A stretch of 64,000 nt of DNA from assembly GCA_964580065.1 (NCBI GenBank), contig CAZOJE010000001.1, positions 87,717 to 151,716 on the forward strand. The letters are read 5' to 3'. The DNA comes from an uncultured Candidatus Saccharibacteria bacterium (GTDB lineage: Bacteria; Patescibacteriota; UBA1384; DTJR01). The notes below the pieces were generated by a model. The model saw only the letters and a program-made list of their open reading frames with translations. It searched no databases and was not told where the DNA came from. This document shows, piece after piece, positions 45,050 to 55,088 of this stretch (position 1 is the stretch's first letter; each line of letters begins with the position of its first letter). The position numbers were made by a program, and so were the translations under genes.

Positions 45050-46504
45050 TTGGTACCAACGAAATCTCATCCTGGGTTATTTGCTCGCGTCAGGTTTGTT
45101 TTTGTCGCGCTAGTAGTTTTGTTTACTGCTCTTAGCGGAATTCTGGCAAAAATGATCAGCGAGAATGCATCAGCCGACTCCGGCACGGTTATAATCGAGT
45201 CTAATAAAACTTATGGGACACTAAGCACCGAACTGACCGGTCGGGATATTGTGGTAAAAAGCGGCGCAACGCTGACTTTAAGCGGAAAGCAAAGATTTAA
45301 TAGTTTGCATATTGAAAGCGGTGCTACTGTGACTCATCCTGCCCTAGAGTTAACCGATATTGATTTGCAAACAAACGAGCTTAATACAACAGGGTCGGAA
45401 AAGGTACTTGATCTTGAAATAACTAACGATTTACTTGTTGCGGGTCGGATCGATGTATCGGGCAAAGGTTATCCGGCCTATCCAGCTGAAAACATTACTC
45501 ACGATTGCATGGCAAAAAACACCTGTGGGGCTGGTTATGGCCCGGGGGCAGGGAGCAACGTTGACACTCACGACGAAGCAACGCGAGCCGCCGGCGCCGG
45601 ACATGGCGGTACGGGCGCCAACGGCAACATAAACGGCACGGTTAGCACAAAAGTATTGGGTGGAAGAGCTTATGATTTTGCCATCAGGCCAACCTTACAT
45701 GGTTCTTCTGGAGGAAGTGCCAGCCGACATCGACACGATAATCATTCTGACGGTGGCCGCGGCGGCGGGGTTGTTTTGATTAAAGCTAGCGCTTTGCAAA
45801 TATCAGGTGGCGGGTCAATTGCCGCTAATGGTTTATCACAAACCGGAAGTGCAAACGGTGACATTTGGGGCGGCGGCGGTTCTGGCGGCACAATCAATAT
45901 TTTAGTTGACGATCCCAACCCGATTTCTTCATATATCAGCTCGGCAACTGTTTCGGAATATACCGAACTATTTAATTATGGCGTGGCTAATAGTGAAGGC
46001 ACGGTAATCGGAGCGACAAAATCGTCACAAGTTACCGAAGAAAGGCGCGGTTCTGGAGCAGTCAATCATTTTTATATTTTAGGCGGTGACGCGGTACTCA
46101 AAGCGCAAGGTGGCGCTTCGCAATATGGCGGTTTGGGCGCCGGAGGTCGAATATATGTTGGAAAAAATGATGACGCTTCACTAAATTCTTCTTCAATTGG
46201 TGTAATTAAAACAACTTATTCCGATTCAGCGATGACAAAAGTCGAATCAACCTTTGAAAAAGATCAAAAAGTTTACGTTAAGATTTTAATATATCAGCCG
46301 ATTGATTATTCGGGAAAAATTGTTTTTACCGATGATATTTCGAATGTTCAAAACGGTTCGGTAAAAACAGCCGAAGCATCTTTAAAAGATCGCAATTACG
46401 ATCCTTATTCTGGAATTACCAGCGAAGCTCGGCTGACATTTGAATTTCCGAGTGGACTAAAGAAGGGTTACGAAGAAATAACTTATGAATATGTTGCCAA
46501 TTAA
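45050..46504 (+). CDS. Secreted glycine-rich-repeat surface protein with C-terminal DUF11-like domain
   Basis: Signal/TM; GAGHGG, GSSGG, GGRGGG, GGGGSGG repeats; AAGGAGG before TTG. Confidence 0.7.
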   Translation: MVPTKSHPGLFARVRFVFVALVVLFTALSGILAKMISENASADSGTVIIESNKTYGTLSTELTGRDIVVKSGATLTLSGKQRFNSLHIESGATVTHPALELTDIDLQTNELNTTGSEKVLDLEITNDLLVAGRIDVSGKGYPAYPAENITHDCMAKNTCGAGYGPGAGSNVDTHDEATRAAGAGHGGTGANGNINGTVSTKVLGGRAYDFAIRPTLHGSSGGSASRHRHDNHSDGGRGGGVVLIKASALQISGGGSIAANGLSQTGSANGDIWGGGGSGGTINILVDDPNPISSYISSATVSEYTELFNYGVANSEGTVIGATKSSQVTEERRGSGAVNHFYILGGDAVLKAQGGASQYGGLGAGGRIYVGKNDDASLNSSSIGVIKTTYSDSAMTKVESTFEKDQKVYVKILIYQPIDYSGKIVFTDDISNVQNGSVKTAEASLKDRNYDPYSGITSEARLTFEFPSGLKKGYEEITYEYVAN

Positions 46505-48350
46505 AAATAAAAATAGCAGCAAAAAAATGAATAAATGGCTGTCATTGGGACTGATTGTTTTGCTGGTGTCGGGCGTAGCGGTTTTTGCCCGATCGGGCTT
46601 GGTCTCTTCTGACACACACACGCCGGAAAAATATACAACTGATTTGGCGGGCAACAGTAAAACGACTTTCACCGTGGGGGAACAGGGCTATTTGAATCTC
46701 AAAATTTATGCTGAATCGATTGCCGCCTCGGCTGACAAAGCCGACGTCGTTTTGGCTCTCGACGCTTCCGGCTCAATGGACACCGTTGTCGGCTCGACGA
46801 CCAAGCTAGCCCAAGCCAAGGAAGCCATCAAAGCGTTTATTGGAAATATTCAAGATTCAGATGATATGAAAGTTGCGCTTGTGCTGTATGGCGGCAAGGT
46901 TCACTGTAGCATTATCGATCCGGCGCCGGAGGGCGTCGCGGCAACCTATTATCCGTTGACTTTAATGAACGATACCAACAGGAGCAATTTTAGTTCGCAA
47001 GTTGATGCTTTAGACGCGGCGGCGATCCAAACCAGTTTAGGCACGTCATCTTGCTACGGCTCAAATTACGCTAATCGAAATACGGGCGTCGGGTCGGGCA
47101 TGGACAGCGCGATTAACATTTTAAATGGGGCGCCTTCTCGTGGGGCTAAAAAAGCGGCGGTTTTGTTAACGGACGGACAGGAAAATTCCACGCCTTACGC
47201 CAACACAAATTTTTTTGCTGTTGCCGCCGCGGCTGATCGGCTGACTGCCGTGGTTGATAATTCGCCGATTGATAAAGCGATCAAGAATGACGTTTCCTTT
47301 TTTACCATTCACTATGGTTCAACTGGCAGTGCCTGTCGGGCAATGGCGGGCCCGTTCGCCAGCCCGCCAGCCGACGGTAGCGGCGGTTGCGCTCTGATGC
47401 GTTTCATTGCCGCTAAAACTAATAATCAAGTCATACCAACCGGCAAAACTTTTTCTTCTGATTACAAGCAAATAAGCGGCGTGGATGAAAAATTTTTCTA
47501 CAAAACGGCCAGTGCCGACGAACTCGAACTAATTTACAAAAATATCCTGAATGAAATTGCCGGAGCGGCTGGAGTACCGATCAATGTTTATGAAAAACTT
47601 TCCACTAACGCAACTTACGGTGGCTTTATTTCGGCTATTGATAAAGGCGGCCGGTCATATTCTCCAGCGGAATCCGACGGTTCGAAGGGTGAAAAAGTTT
47701 ATGCTTTTAACCAAGTTCCAAAATCTTACTTTTGTAATGCTGGCGAATCAGCTTGTAACGCCCAAGCAACAAAAAGCGGCTCGACCTACACGATCAGCGA
47801 CAACTATATCATTGTCAAAATAAAATTTACAGCCAATTCTTCGGGCGAATTTGATATGGATAGCAACCGTTCTCAATGTGGCGCAAGCGTAACCGAGCCG
47901 GTGTCTAAAGTTGAAATGCTCGATCCACAAGCCAACAATAAAGTGCGCGACACTTATGTTTTCCCTGAACTTTGTTTACATTTTGTTGATAGAACAGACC
48001 AAAGTATGCAGATTATTAAAAAGACTTATGGCAGTCCGCAAGGAGACGATGCCGATGAATCGCAACAAAAAGCTTTTTTTGACTCCGGCGATAAAGTTTA
48101 TGTTCGCTTAGAGGTCTTTGAACCCAATACGACCAGAACGCAATACGAAATCAAAGACGAGGTTCCGCCGACGGTTAGTGGTGAAATTCAGTATAATTTA
48201 AAGAGAATGTCTGACGGCACTAGCTATGCGGGTAAAGCTTCGGTATCAGTTGAAAACGGTCACCGAAGCTTAAAAATTATTGGCGCAACAGGTGTGGGCA
48301 ATAATTTATTAAATGGCAAAAATATAATTCAGTATTCTTATGAAATGTAG
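46485..48350 (+). CDS. Secreted VWA-domain protein
   Basis: MIDAS DASGS, T and LLTDG motifs; several Cys pairs; N-terminal TM. Confidence 0.85.
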   Translation: MNMLPIKNKNSSKKMNKWLSLGLIVLLVSGVAVFARSGLVSSDTHTPEKYTTDLAGNSKTTFTVGEQGYLNLKIYAESIAASADKADVVLALDASGSMDTVVGSTTKLAQAKEAIKAFIGNIQDSDDMKVALVLYGGKVHCSIIDPAPEGVAATYYPLTLMNDTNRSNFSSQVDALDAAAIQTSLGTSSCYGSNYANRNTGVGSGMDSAINILNGAPSRGAKKAAVLLTDGQENSTPYANTNFFAVAAAADRLTAVVDNSPIDKAIKNDVSFFTIHYGSTGSACRAMAGPFASPPADGSGGCALMRFIAAKTNNQVIPTGKTFSSDYKQISGVDEKFFYKTASADELELIYKNILNEIAGAAGVPINVYEKLSTNATYGGFISAIDKGGRSYSPAESDGSKGEKVYAFNQVPKSYFCNAGESACNAQATKSGSTYTISDNYIIVKIKFTANSSGEFDMDSNRSQCGASVTEPVSKVEMLDPQANNKVRDTYVFPELCLHFVDRTDQSMQIIKKTYGSPQGDDADESQQKAFFDSGDKVYVRLEVFEPNTTRTQYEIKDEVPPTVSGEIQYNLKRMSDGTSYAGKASVSVENGHRSLKIIGATGVGNNLLNGKNIIQYSYEM

Positions 48351-51300
48351 TCAAGCATTTAAAGGGTTTAAATATTTATTCATTGTTTCGATAACCATGG
48401 CAATTTTGCCGTTAGCCGGTTCAAAGGCGGCTGACCATATTGTGATGAAATGGCAAAATGACAATCAATGGAAAAGTACGATTGACCCTTGGACTTTGAA
48501 TAATGTCGATTTAGTCGGACAAAATGGCGGCTTAAGACTTGAGCGCAAAGATTTGGGTTATGCCGCCGAAGGGTACGCTACCTACCATTATTCACCCGGA
48601 AGCGTTAACGCGTGGAAGGGTGTGAGTGCCGAAGAAGGTTCAGTTAGTGAAGCTCGAACCAGCATTTGGCTTTCTGTCCACGACAAAGATACTCTGGCGC
48701 AACTAGCTCCGGACGGAACAATTATAAAGGAATGGTCGGTCGGCAAAGATCCTTCGCGAGTGGCAATGGGCTGTGACAGTGATGTTTGGGTAGCTAATAG
48801 GAGTTTGGTGGACGGCGGCACGAATTTGGCAAACTCCATTTCGCATATCATTCCTTTGCAAAATAAGGTTGTTACTCGAGCTTTTTCGCCCAATATTACT
48901 AATCCAACCGCGATATCGGTGCAATGCTCCGAAGGCAGCGCGTCAGTTTGGGTTGGCGTTGAAAATGATGACGTTTTCTATCGAATTGATGCGGATGAAT
49001 TCGACGGTTTGGCCGAAGGAACGGCAATCGATCCAACGGCAACGGCTTCGGGCGACCCTGTCTCGCTGGGTTGTACAGGAGAATGTACTTTGGGCTCTGT
49101 ATTAAGCCAAGATGGTAAATTCCTTTATGTTTTGGGCCGAACGAAGGTGATGAAAATTGACACAACAAGTTTAACAAAAACAAAGGAATTTACTATTTCA
49201 AGTGGGCAGATGATAACTAAGGATAACCGTGGCAATATTTGGGTCACTGACGGGGACAACAACACAATTTATCGAATTGATTCGGCGGAAAATTTATCAA
49301 CCTTAAATGTCAATTTGCCAACGGCGGGGATAACGGTTATTCCGCCGGGCGAACCGCTAAGCGCTGAAATTTTAGCATTTACAAATAAGGCGACAGGGGC
49401 ACTTTGCAAAGCGGAAATTACGGGCAATGATACAGCCGCCCCAACGCTCGGAACAATTACTTGTGCTGATGCGCCACCGGAAAACGCGCGCGGCTCCGGT
49501 ATTAGCTACGACCCTGTTACGAAAGACATTTGGTTAACATTAAAAGACGCCGCCAAGGTTTACAAGTACAGTTTTTCCAGTAATTATCTTTCTGCTCAAG
49601 CATACGATTCAAACACTTTGCAGGGAACATTGGATAGCTATGCTGATTTTGTAGGCACGACGTATTCGGAGGATAATCAGCATTTGGAATATCAATTTTC
49701 AACAGATAATCAAACATGGTATTCGAAAGACGATTTTAATGCCGGACGCCTGCCCAACTCGTCTGACCTTTATATTATGGTGAGATTTTATGGCAATACC
49801 TATTCTTCGCCCGTACTTAAGAGCCTGTCGGTGTCCTACGATATTGTCGACAATAATTTTTCAGGTGTAATTTTAGAAAAGAAGACTTTTTTGGCCGAAG
49901 GGGCGGGGTCGCTAAAATATACCGCTACAATCGAGCCCGGCAATGACGTAGTTGCTCGAATTAAAATTAAATCGGCTAATGCAATTTCAGGGGCAAGCTT
50001 AACTGATATTAGACCGAATACCGGTCTTTCAGGAGTGAGCCAAATTGGCAAGGCGGAATGCGGATTGGGCAATTTAGATAATTTAAGCCAACAAAATTTC
50101 AGTATTGACTCGCAAAATAATGTTTCTTGGAAAAAAATTGATTTAGCCGCTGGTGCTGAAACTTATTTCTGCTACAAATTTAAGCTCGATTATACTAAGG
50201 ATAAAAATGAGCTGATTCAAGCAAGGGCGATTTTAAGTGCGCCAAGTACCTCGAACAATAACGAAAATTCTATTCTTGCAACCTCGAATAATTATTACTT
50301 AATGAAAGGGTTGGCGTATCTGGCTTCGGATAGCACAACAAAAGAATTTGATTCGGCAACTTCGCCACTTTATGAAATAAATGACGAACTAAATCCATCA
50401 AATTCGGCTTACGTCAACGAAACAAATTCTGGTAAGTCGGTGCCTTTTTATGTCTACGAACGCGGTTTCGGTTCCCATAGCCGCGGTGGTAATTTGCTGA
50501 ATTTGCCAGTAACGGTTTCCTCTGGCGGCGAGGATATTGCTTTCGATCAATCTTATCTGCTTTATAATCCGGCCTTTTATTTATTCGGCAACATATTTTC
50601 CGGCTCGAACTATGCCGGCAATGCGCTCGACTTTAATTCACGCTTCGGCTCAATTAGTAATAAATCAGCCGATGACACCAATAAGCAAAATGGTGAGTCG
50701 GCCCTTTATGGTTATTATTTTGACAAAGAGTCAGTGGTTTATTGGGGTGATAGCGCCTCGGGCGGGAGTGACGAATATAAAAATAAGATAATGGCGGACA
50801 ATATTTCTAAATATACCGCCACGGCCACGCCCGATATCGAATGCAAACTTTCTGATGCCAACAAGCTAAAAACATCACCACTTAATTTTCAAACGAATGA
50901 TTGTGCTAATCTTGGCTCTATGGCCGACAAGGGCGATTCGTGGCCAAATGGAAGGGTTTGGTATTTGAGTACCGAAACCAATACTATTAATCTTGGTCCA
51001 ACAAACGGTTCGGCGGCCAATGTTTACGGCCGAGGGACGTTAATTGTTGATTTTAAAAACGAAGGAGCAAACAAGGTCATTATCAATAATTTGTCTTTTG
51101 TCGATCAGGCGAAACTTGGATTGATTGTTTTGGGCGGTGACGTTGAGTTTTCACGTTCAGCTACAAGCTTTAAAGGCATAATCTTTAACCCAAGTAATTC
51201 AAGCCGAAACACTTACTCGGGCGGCAAGGTGACTTTTATCAGCGAAGGAGAGCCGCTGAAAATTTATGGATCAATCGTGGCGGAAGAAATTGCTTTTAAC

Positions 51301-51411
51301 AAAAGGAAAAAATCTGGTAGCTATGGTATTGCGATTTACTCTGATGCCAAACTGATGAATCAGCCCCTGCCGGCGTTTGAAGGAATTAATTCAGTTTTGA
51401 CGGGAAAGTAA
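48340..51411 (+). CDS. Large secreted beta-propeller/beta-helix surface protein
   Basis: Signal peptide; PSRVA..VWVANR and GNIWVTD Vgb-like repeats; C-terminal GTLIV/GLIV/GIIF/GSIVA repeats. Confidence 0.7.
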   Translation: MKCSQAFKGFKYLFIVSITMAILPLAGSKAADHIVMKWQNDNQWKSTIDPWTLNNVDLVGQNGGLRLERKDLGYAAEGYATYHYSPGSVNAWKGVSAEEGSVSEARTSIWLSVHDKDTLAQLAPDGTIIKEWSVGKDPSRVAMGCDSDVWVANRSLVDGGTNLANSISHIIPLQNKVVTRAFSPNITNPTAISVQCSEGSASVWVGVENDDVFYRIDADEFDGLAEGTAIDPTATASGDPVSLGCTGECTLGSVLSQDGKFLYVLGRTKVMKIDTTSLTKTKEFTISSGQMITKDNRGNIWVTDGDNNTIYRIDSAENLSTLNVNLPTAGITVIPPGEPLSAEILAFTNKATGALCKAEITGNDTAAPTLGTITCADAPPENARGSGISYDPVTKDIWLTLKDAAKVYKYSFSSNYLSAQAYDSNTLQGTLDSYADFVGTTYSEDNQHLEYQFSTDNQTWYSKDDFNAGRLPNSSDLYIMVRFYGNTYSSPVLKSLSVSYDIVDNNFSGVILEKKTFLAEGAGSLKYTATIEPGNDVVARIKIKSANAISGASLTDIRPNTGLSGVSQIGKAECGLGNLDNLSQQNFSIDSQNNVSWKKIDLAAGAETYFCYKFKLDYTKDKNELIQARAILSAPSTSNNNENSILATSNNYYLMKGLAYLASDSTTKEFDSATSPLYEINDELNPSNSAYVNETNSGKSVPFYVYERGFGSHSRGGNLLNLPVTVSSGGEDIAFDQSYLLYNPAFYLFGNIFSGSNYAGNALDFNSRFGSISNKSADDTNKQNGESALYGYYFDKESVVYWGDSASGGSDEYKNKIMADNISKYTATATPDIECKLSDANKLKTSPLNFQTNDCANLGSMADKGDSWPNGRVWYLSTETNTINLGPTNGSAANVYGRGTLIVDFKNEGANKVIINNLSFVDQAKLGLIVLGGDVEFSRSATSFKGIIFNPSNSSRNTYSGGKVTFISEGEPLKIYGSIVAEEIAFNKRKKSGSYGIAIYSDAKLMNQPLPAFEGINSVLTGK

Positions 51412-51466
51412 AAATGTTTGCGTTTGATTTTGAAAATAGTGTATAATTTTATCTAAGAGGAGGGGA

Positions 51467-52078
51467 GTGGTCTCCGAAGAAGAAAAAAAGAAACTTCTCG
51501 ATACAGTTAGTGATGATATAGAAGATACTTCAAGGTCAGAAGGCACGAAGGTGGCGACTTTTGTTGTGTTCGGTTTTTGCGCCGCCGTGTTGGTGGCGGT
51601 AGTGATTGCTTTTAGCGCGCAAAAATCTAAAGAATCAGCCATAGAATCATTGGATTTATCCATTCAAAATGAGGTTACTAGCCAGTTGAATTCTTTGAAA
51701 ACGGAACAAAAACAGATTGCAACCATTCAGAAACAATTAGGTACCTTGAAGACTGCTCTTGATTCTCGCGAAAGTTTTGGCAAGATTCTGGGCGATTTTT
51801 CGGGGAATACTTTTAAAAGCGCTAGAATCAAGACCCTTTCGATCCAACAAGAAGAAATCAGCTTGACCGGAGAAACCGATAATTATTCCGATTTAGCAAA
51901 AGTGGTTAGCGGCTACCGTAAAATAGCTTCGATTGAGGATGTCAAATTGCAATCAGCTAGCTTCAATCAAGATTCGAAAAAAGTTGAATTTTCAATTGCT
52001 TTAAAAATCGACAGGTCGAAATACATTCTTAAAAAAGCGTCTGCGTCAGCGACAGCTACCGCGACACCTTCTTTATAA
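51467..52078 (+). CDS. pilN: PilN-domain protein
   Basis: TM, coiled coil, ISLTG..V.LQS..VEFSI; precedes PilO; TATAAT at 51442 and GGAGG. Confidence 0.7.
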   Translation: MVSEEEKKKLLDTVSDDIEDTSRSEGTKVATFVVFGFCAAVLVAVVIAFSAQKSKESAIESLDLSIQNEVTSQLNSLKTEQKQIATIQKQLGTLKTALDSRESFGKILGDFSGNTFKSARIKTLSIQQEEISLTGETDNYSDLAKVVSGYRKIASIEDVKLQSASFNQDSKKVEFSIALKIDRSKYILKKASASATATATPSL

Positions 52079-52079
52079 A

Positions 52080-52661
52080 ATGGAAAATAAAAATTCTTCT
52101 CAAACAATAATTCTCGCCGCGGCCGGTTTTTTGTTGGTGGCTTTTGTGGCGATAATTACTTACCTTGTACCAAAAGTGTCAGAAATAAAAACGCTTAATG
52201 ATTCCATTGCTAACAAACAACAAGAGCTAGCTTTGGGCCGACAAAAAGTGCAGGCAATACGAGATGCTATACAGGTGATTAATAAGGCCAAAAGAGAAAT
52301 TGAAATTTTGGGGATTGCGATTCCGGACAAGGAAAAAGCCGAAGAATCCTTAGTCCAGATCACCACGATTGCTTCAGCTAACGAGATAACGATTTCAAAT
52401 ATGTCATTTTCAAGCGGTTCGGATAAGAAAGCTAGCAAATTAACAGTCAATGTCACGGCGCAAGGTGACTATGGCAAGTTTGCCAGCTTTTTTAACGCTC
52501 TTAATACCAATCTTCGCCCCGTGGCTGTCTCGGGAATTAATTTTTCAAATAACGACAGTACAAATCAACTCGAAGCGGGGTTTGATTTAGTTTTTCCATA
52601 TCTAAGCGAAGATAGCGTTGCATCAACAAGTCAGGCAGACAACGGAGGCACAAATGAATAA
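52080..52661 (+). CDS. pilO: PilO-domain protein
   Basis: TM, coiled coil, AIP..L..A; GDY..F..F..L..NLRP. Confidence 0.78.
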   Translation: MENKNSSQTIILAAAGFLLVAFVAIITYLVPKVSEIKTLNDSIANKQQELALGRQKVQAIRDAIQVINKAKREIEILGIAIPDKEKAEESLVQITTIASANEITISNMSFSSGSDKKASKLTVNVTAQGDYGKFASFFNALNTNLRPVAVSGINFSNNDSTNQLEAGFDLVFPYLSEDSVASTSQADNGGTNE

Positions 52662-52905
52662 AGGCGTTTTATATTTAGTCGCCAGTTTTGGGATAACCTT
52701 AGTTCTTTCAATCACATTGGGCTGGTTTTTGACTAAAACAAGTGTTGCCAGTGTCGATCCGGTTGCCAGCCAAACTGAAAGTATTACAGAAGAAGATTTA
52801 AGATCCGGTTCTTCGCAAACAAATTCGCTGAAGAATTACGGCGATCTTCCTCTGATACCTTCGGCCGATCAGCTTGGTCGAGAAAATCCATTCAGCTCAT
52901 ATTAA
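52654..52905 (+). CDS. Small membrane protein with GRxNPF tail (PilP-like stub)
   Basis: GGAGG before ATG 52654; ends LGRENPF. Confidence 0.6.
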   Translation: MNKGVLYLVASFGITLVLSITLGWFLTKTSVASVDPVASQTESITEEDLRSGSSQTNSLKNYGDLPLIPSADQLGRENPFSSY

Positions 52906-52910
52906 CGTAA

Positions 52911-55088
52911 ATGCAACAAGGCGCATTAACACTAGTCAAAGATGAAACTATGGCTGTGGGAACTTTTTTGAGTTCCCTCGTTGATGTTGGTTATTTAAAA
53001 AAAGAAGACGCTTTCCCGTTAAAGGCAAAATATTCAAAAATTGAAGATTTGTATGACGCTTTGGCTAGTTTCGGTACGATTCCAGCCGAAAGATTGGCCG
53101 AGATTTTTGCTAAAGCGGTTGGCGTGCCCTTTGTTAATTTGAAATCAATCGATCCTAAGGCAATCGAGCTCATCGACAAGGACGTGGCTAAGAAATACGG
53201 TTTCGTTCCTTTTTATTACGACGAAAATATAAAGCTTCTTCAGGTGGCTCTTCTCGATCCGATCAAATTTTCGCGATTAGATCAATCGTCGGTTCAGGCA
53301 CTTGAGCAAAAACTTGGTCTCAATATCGAATTTTTTATCGCGCCACGTTCGGTTTCGGAAAAGGCGATTGATAGCGGTGTGGTAACGCCGCCAGCTAATG
53401 ATGGCGAGATAAAGCCGATGCCGATTAGGTTTGATGCCTCTAGCATTAAAGAAGAGATTTTGAAAAAAATTCCTCTTGATATCGCGGAAAAATATAAAGC
53501 GATAATTTTTCAAACCGGTGAAAATGGCGCATACGATGTAGCGGTGGCCGACACAAAAAACCCGGGATTGAACGAAATATTTAAGTTTGTTGAACAAAAA
53601 AGCGGTATCAAATTGAATTTAGTTTTGGCTGATTCAAGAGATATTGATGCGGCGCTCAATCGCTATAAGGCGCTTAACCAAAGTCCGCAAGCAATTCCAC
53701 CGGTTGAAGAAAAACCCGCTCCGGTTTCAACTGAATCGACAAAAAGCATTTTAGATTTAGCTTCGCAAAGCCATAGCGATACTGAATCGAAAATGAATCA
53801 GATTTCTGCCTCGGCTGGAAAAAACGACTCGACGATGGAAAATCCGGATCTAGCAAAATTTTTGCAAAAAGACAATGTGACGATTGATGATCTGAAAATG
53901 TTTACTAACACCGGACAGATTCCTCAAGCGGTTGCGGCAATATTATTTTTGGCTGTAACAAATCGAGCCAGCGATATCCACATTGAACCATACGAAAAAG
54001 CAGTTAGGGTGAGATTTAGAATTGACGGCGAGTTGAGCGAAGTAATTTTAATCCCCAGTAGTTTGAGTGCCGGCGTTGTGGCAAGGGTGAAAATTTTAGC
54101 AAAACTTAAAATTGACGAACAAAGGGTGCCTCAAGATGGCCGAATTGATGTTTTGGTCAAAAACGAAGCGGTTGATGTCAGAATTTCTACCTTGCCAACA
54201 GTTTTTGGCGAAAAAATTGTTATGCGTCTTTTATCGAAATCAAAAACTTTGGAAAAACTTGAAGATCTTGGTATAGATGGCTTGGCCTATGACCGAATTG
54301 TCCGAGCCATGAACCGCCCATATGGTGTTATTTTATCGACTGGCCCCACCGGTTCGGGCAAGTCAACAACTTTGTATTCGATTTTATCGCGGCTTAACCA
54401 GCCCCAGACAAATATTGTCACTCTTGAAGATCCGGTTGAATATGAAATTCAAGGTATTAATCAAGTTCAGGTTAAGCCGCAAATCGGTTTTGGTTTTGCC
54501 GATGGTTTGAGAAGTGTTTTACGCCAAGACCCCAATATTATTATGGTTGGCGAAATTCGCGATAAAGAAACGGCCGATTTGGCTACGCAAGCGGCTCTCA
54601 CGGGCCACCTTGTTTTATCCACGCTTCATACTAATAATTCGGCAGGCGCTTTGCCGCGGCTTTCGGATCTTGGCGTTGAACCGTTTCTTTTGACTTCGGC
54701 AATCAATGCCGTTGCCGGTCAGCGTCTTGTGAGGAGAATTTGTCCAAAGTGTCGAGAGGAAGTCAGCGTGCCTCAATCGGTTATGATCGAAGTAAAAAAA
54801 CAGTTTGAAAAAATTAATTTTTCACACCAGATGCAATTTTTTAAAGGGCGAGGTTGTGAAAATTGCAAAAATGGTTTCAAAGGGCGAGTGGGTATTTTTG
54901 AAGTTTTAGAGATGTCGAGTGAAATTGAAAATATGCTTCTTAACCATAAATCTTCGGAAGAAATATTTGCGCAGGCAACGAAAGAAGGTATGATTAGTAT
55001 GAGGCAGGACGGTTTAATCAAAGCGGTCAAGGGCCTCACTACTGTTGATGAAGTTTTAAGAGCAACAAGCGAAACCAAGGAGGGATAA
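52911..55088 (+). CDS. pilB: Type IV pilus assembly ATPase PilB
   Basis: ASDIHIEP, GPTGSGKSTT, LEDPVE, RQDPNIIMVGEIRD, tetra-Cys motif. Confidence 0.94.
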   Translation: MQQGALTLVKDETMAVGTFLSSLVDVGYLKKEDAFPLKAKYSKIEDLYDALASFGTIPAERLAEIFAKAVGVPFVNLKSIDPKAIELIDKDVAKKYGFVPFYYDENIKLLQVALLDPIKFSRLDQSSVQALEQKLGLNIEFFIAPRSVSEKAIDSGVVTPPANDGEIKPMPIRFDASSIKEEILKKIPLDIAEKYKAIIFQTGENGAYDVAVADTKNPGLNEIFKFVEQKSGIKLNLVLADSRDIDAALNRYKALNQSPQAIPPVEEKPAPVSTESTKSILDLASQSHSDTESKMNQISASAGKNDSTMENPDLAKFLQKDNVTIDDLKMFTNTGQIPQAVAAILFLAVTNRASDIHIEPYEKAVRVRFRIDGELSEVILIPSSLSAGVVARVKILAKLKIDEQRVPQDGRIDVLVKNEAVDVRISTLPTVFGEKIVMRLLSKSKTLEKLEDLGIDGLAYDRIVRAMNRPYGVILSTGPTGSGKSTTLYSILSRLNQPQTNIVTLEDPVEYEIQGINQVQVKPQIGFGFADGLRSVLRQDPNIIMVGEIRDKETADLATQAALTGHLVLSTLHTNNSAGALPRLSDLGVEPFLLTSAINAVAGQRLVRRICPKCREEVSVPQSVMIEVKKQFEKINFSHQMQFFKGRGCENCKNGFKGRVGIFEVLEMSSEIENMLLNHKSSEEIFAQATKEGMISMRQDGLIKAVKGLTTVDEVLRATSETKEG

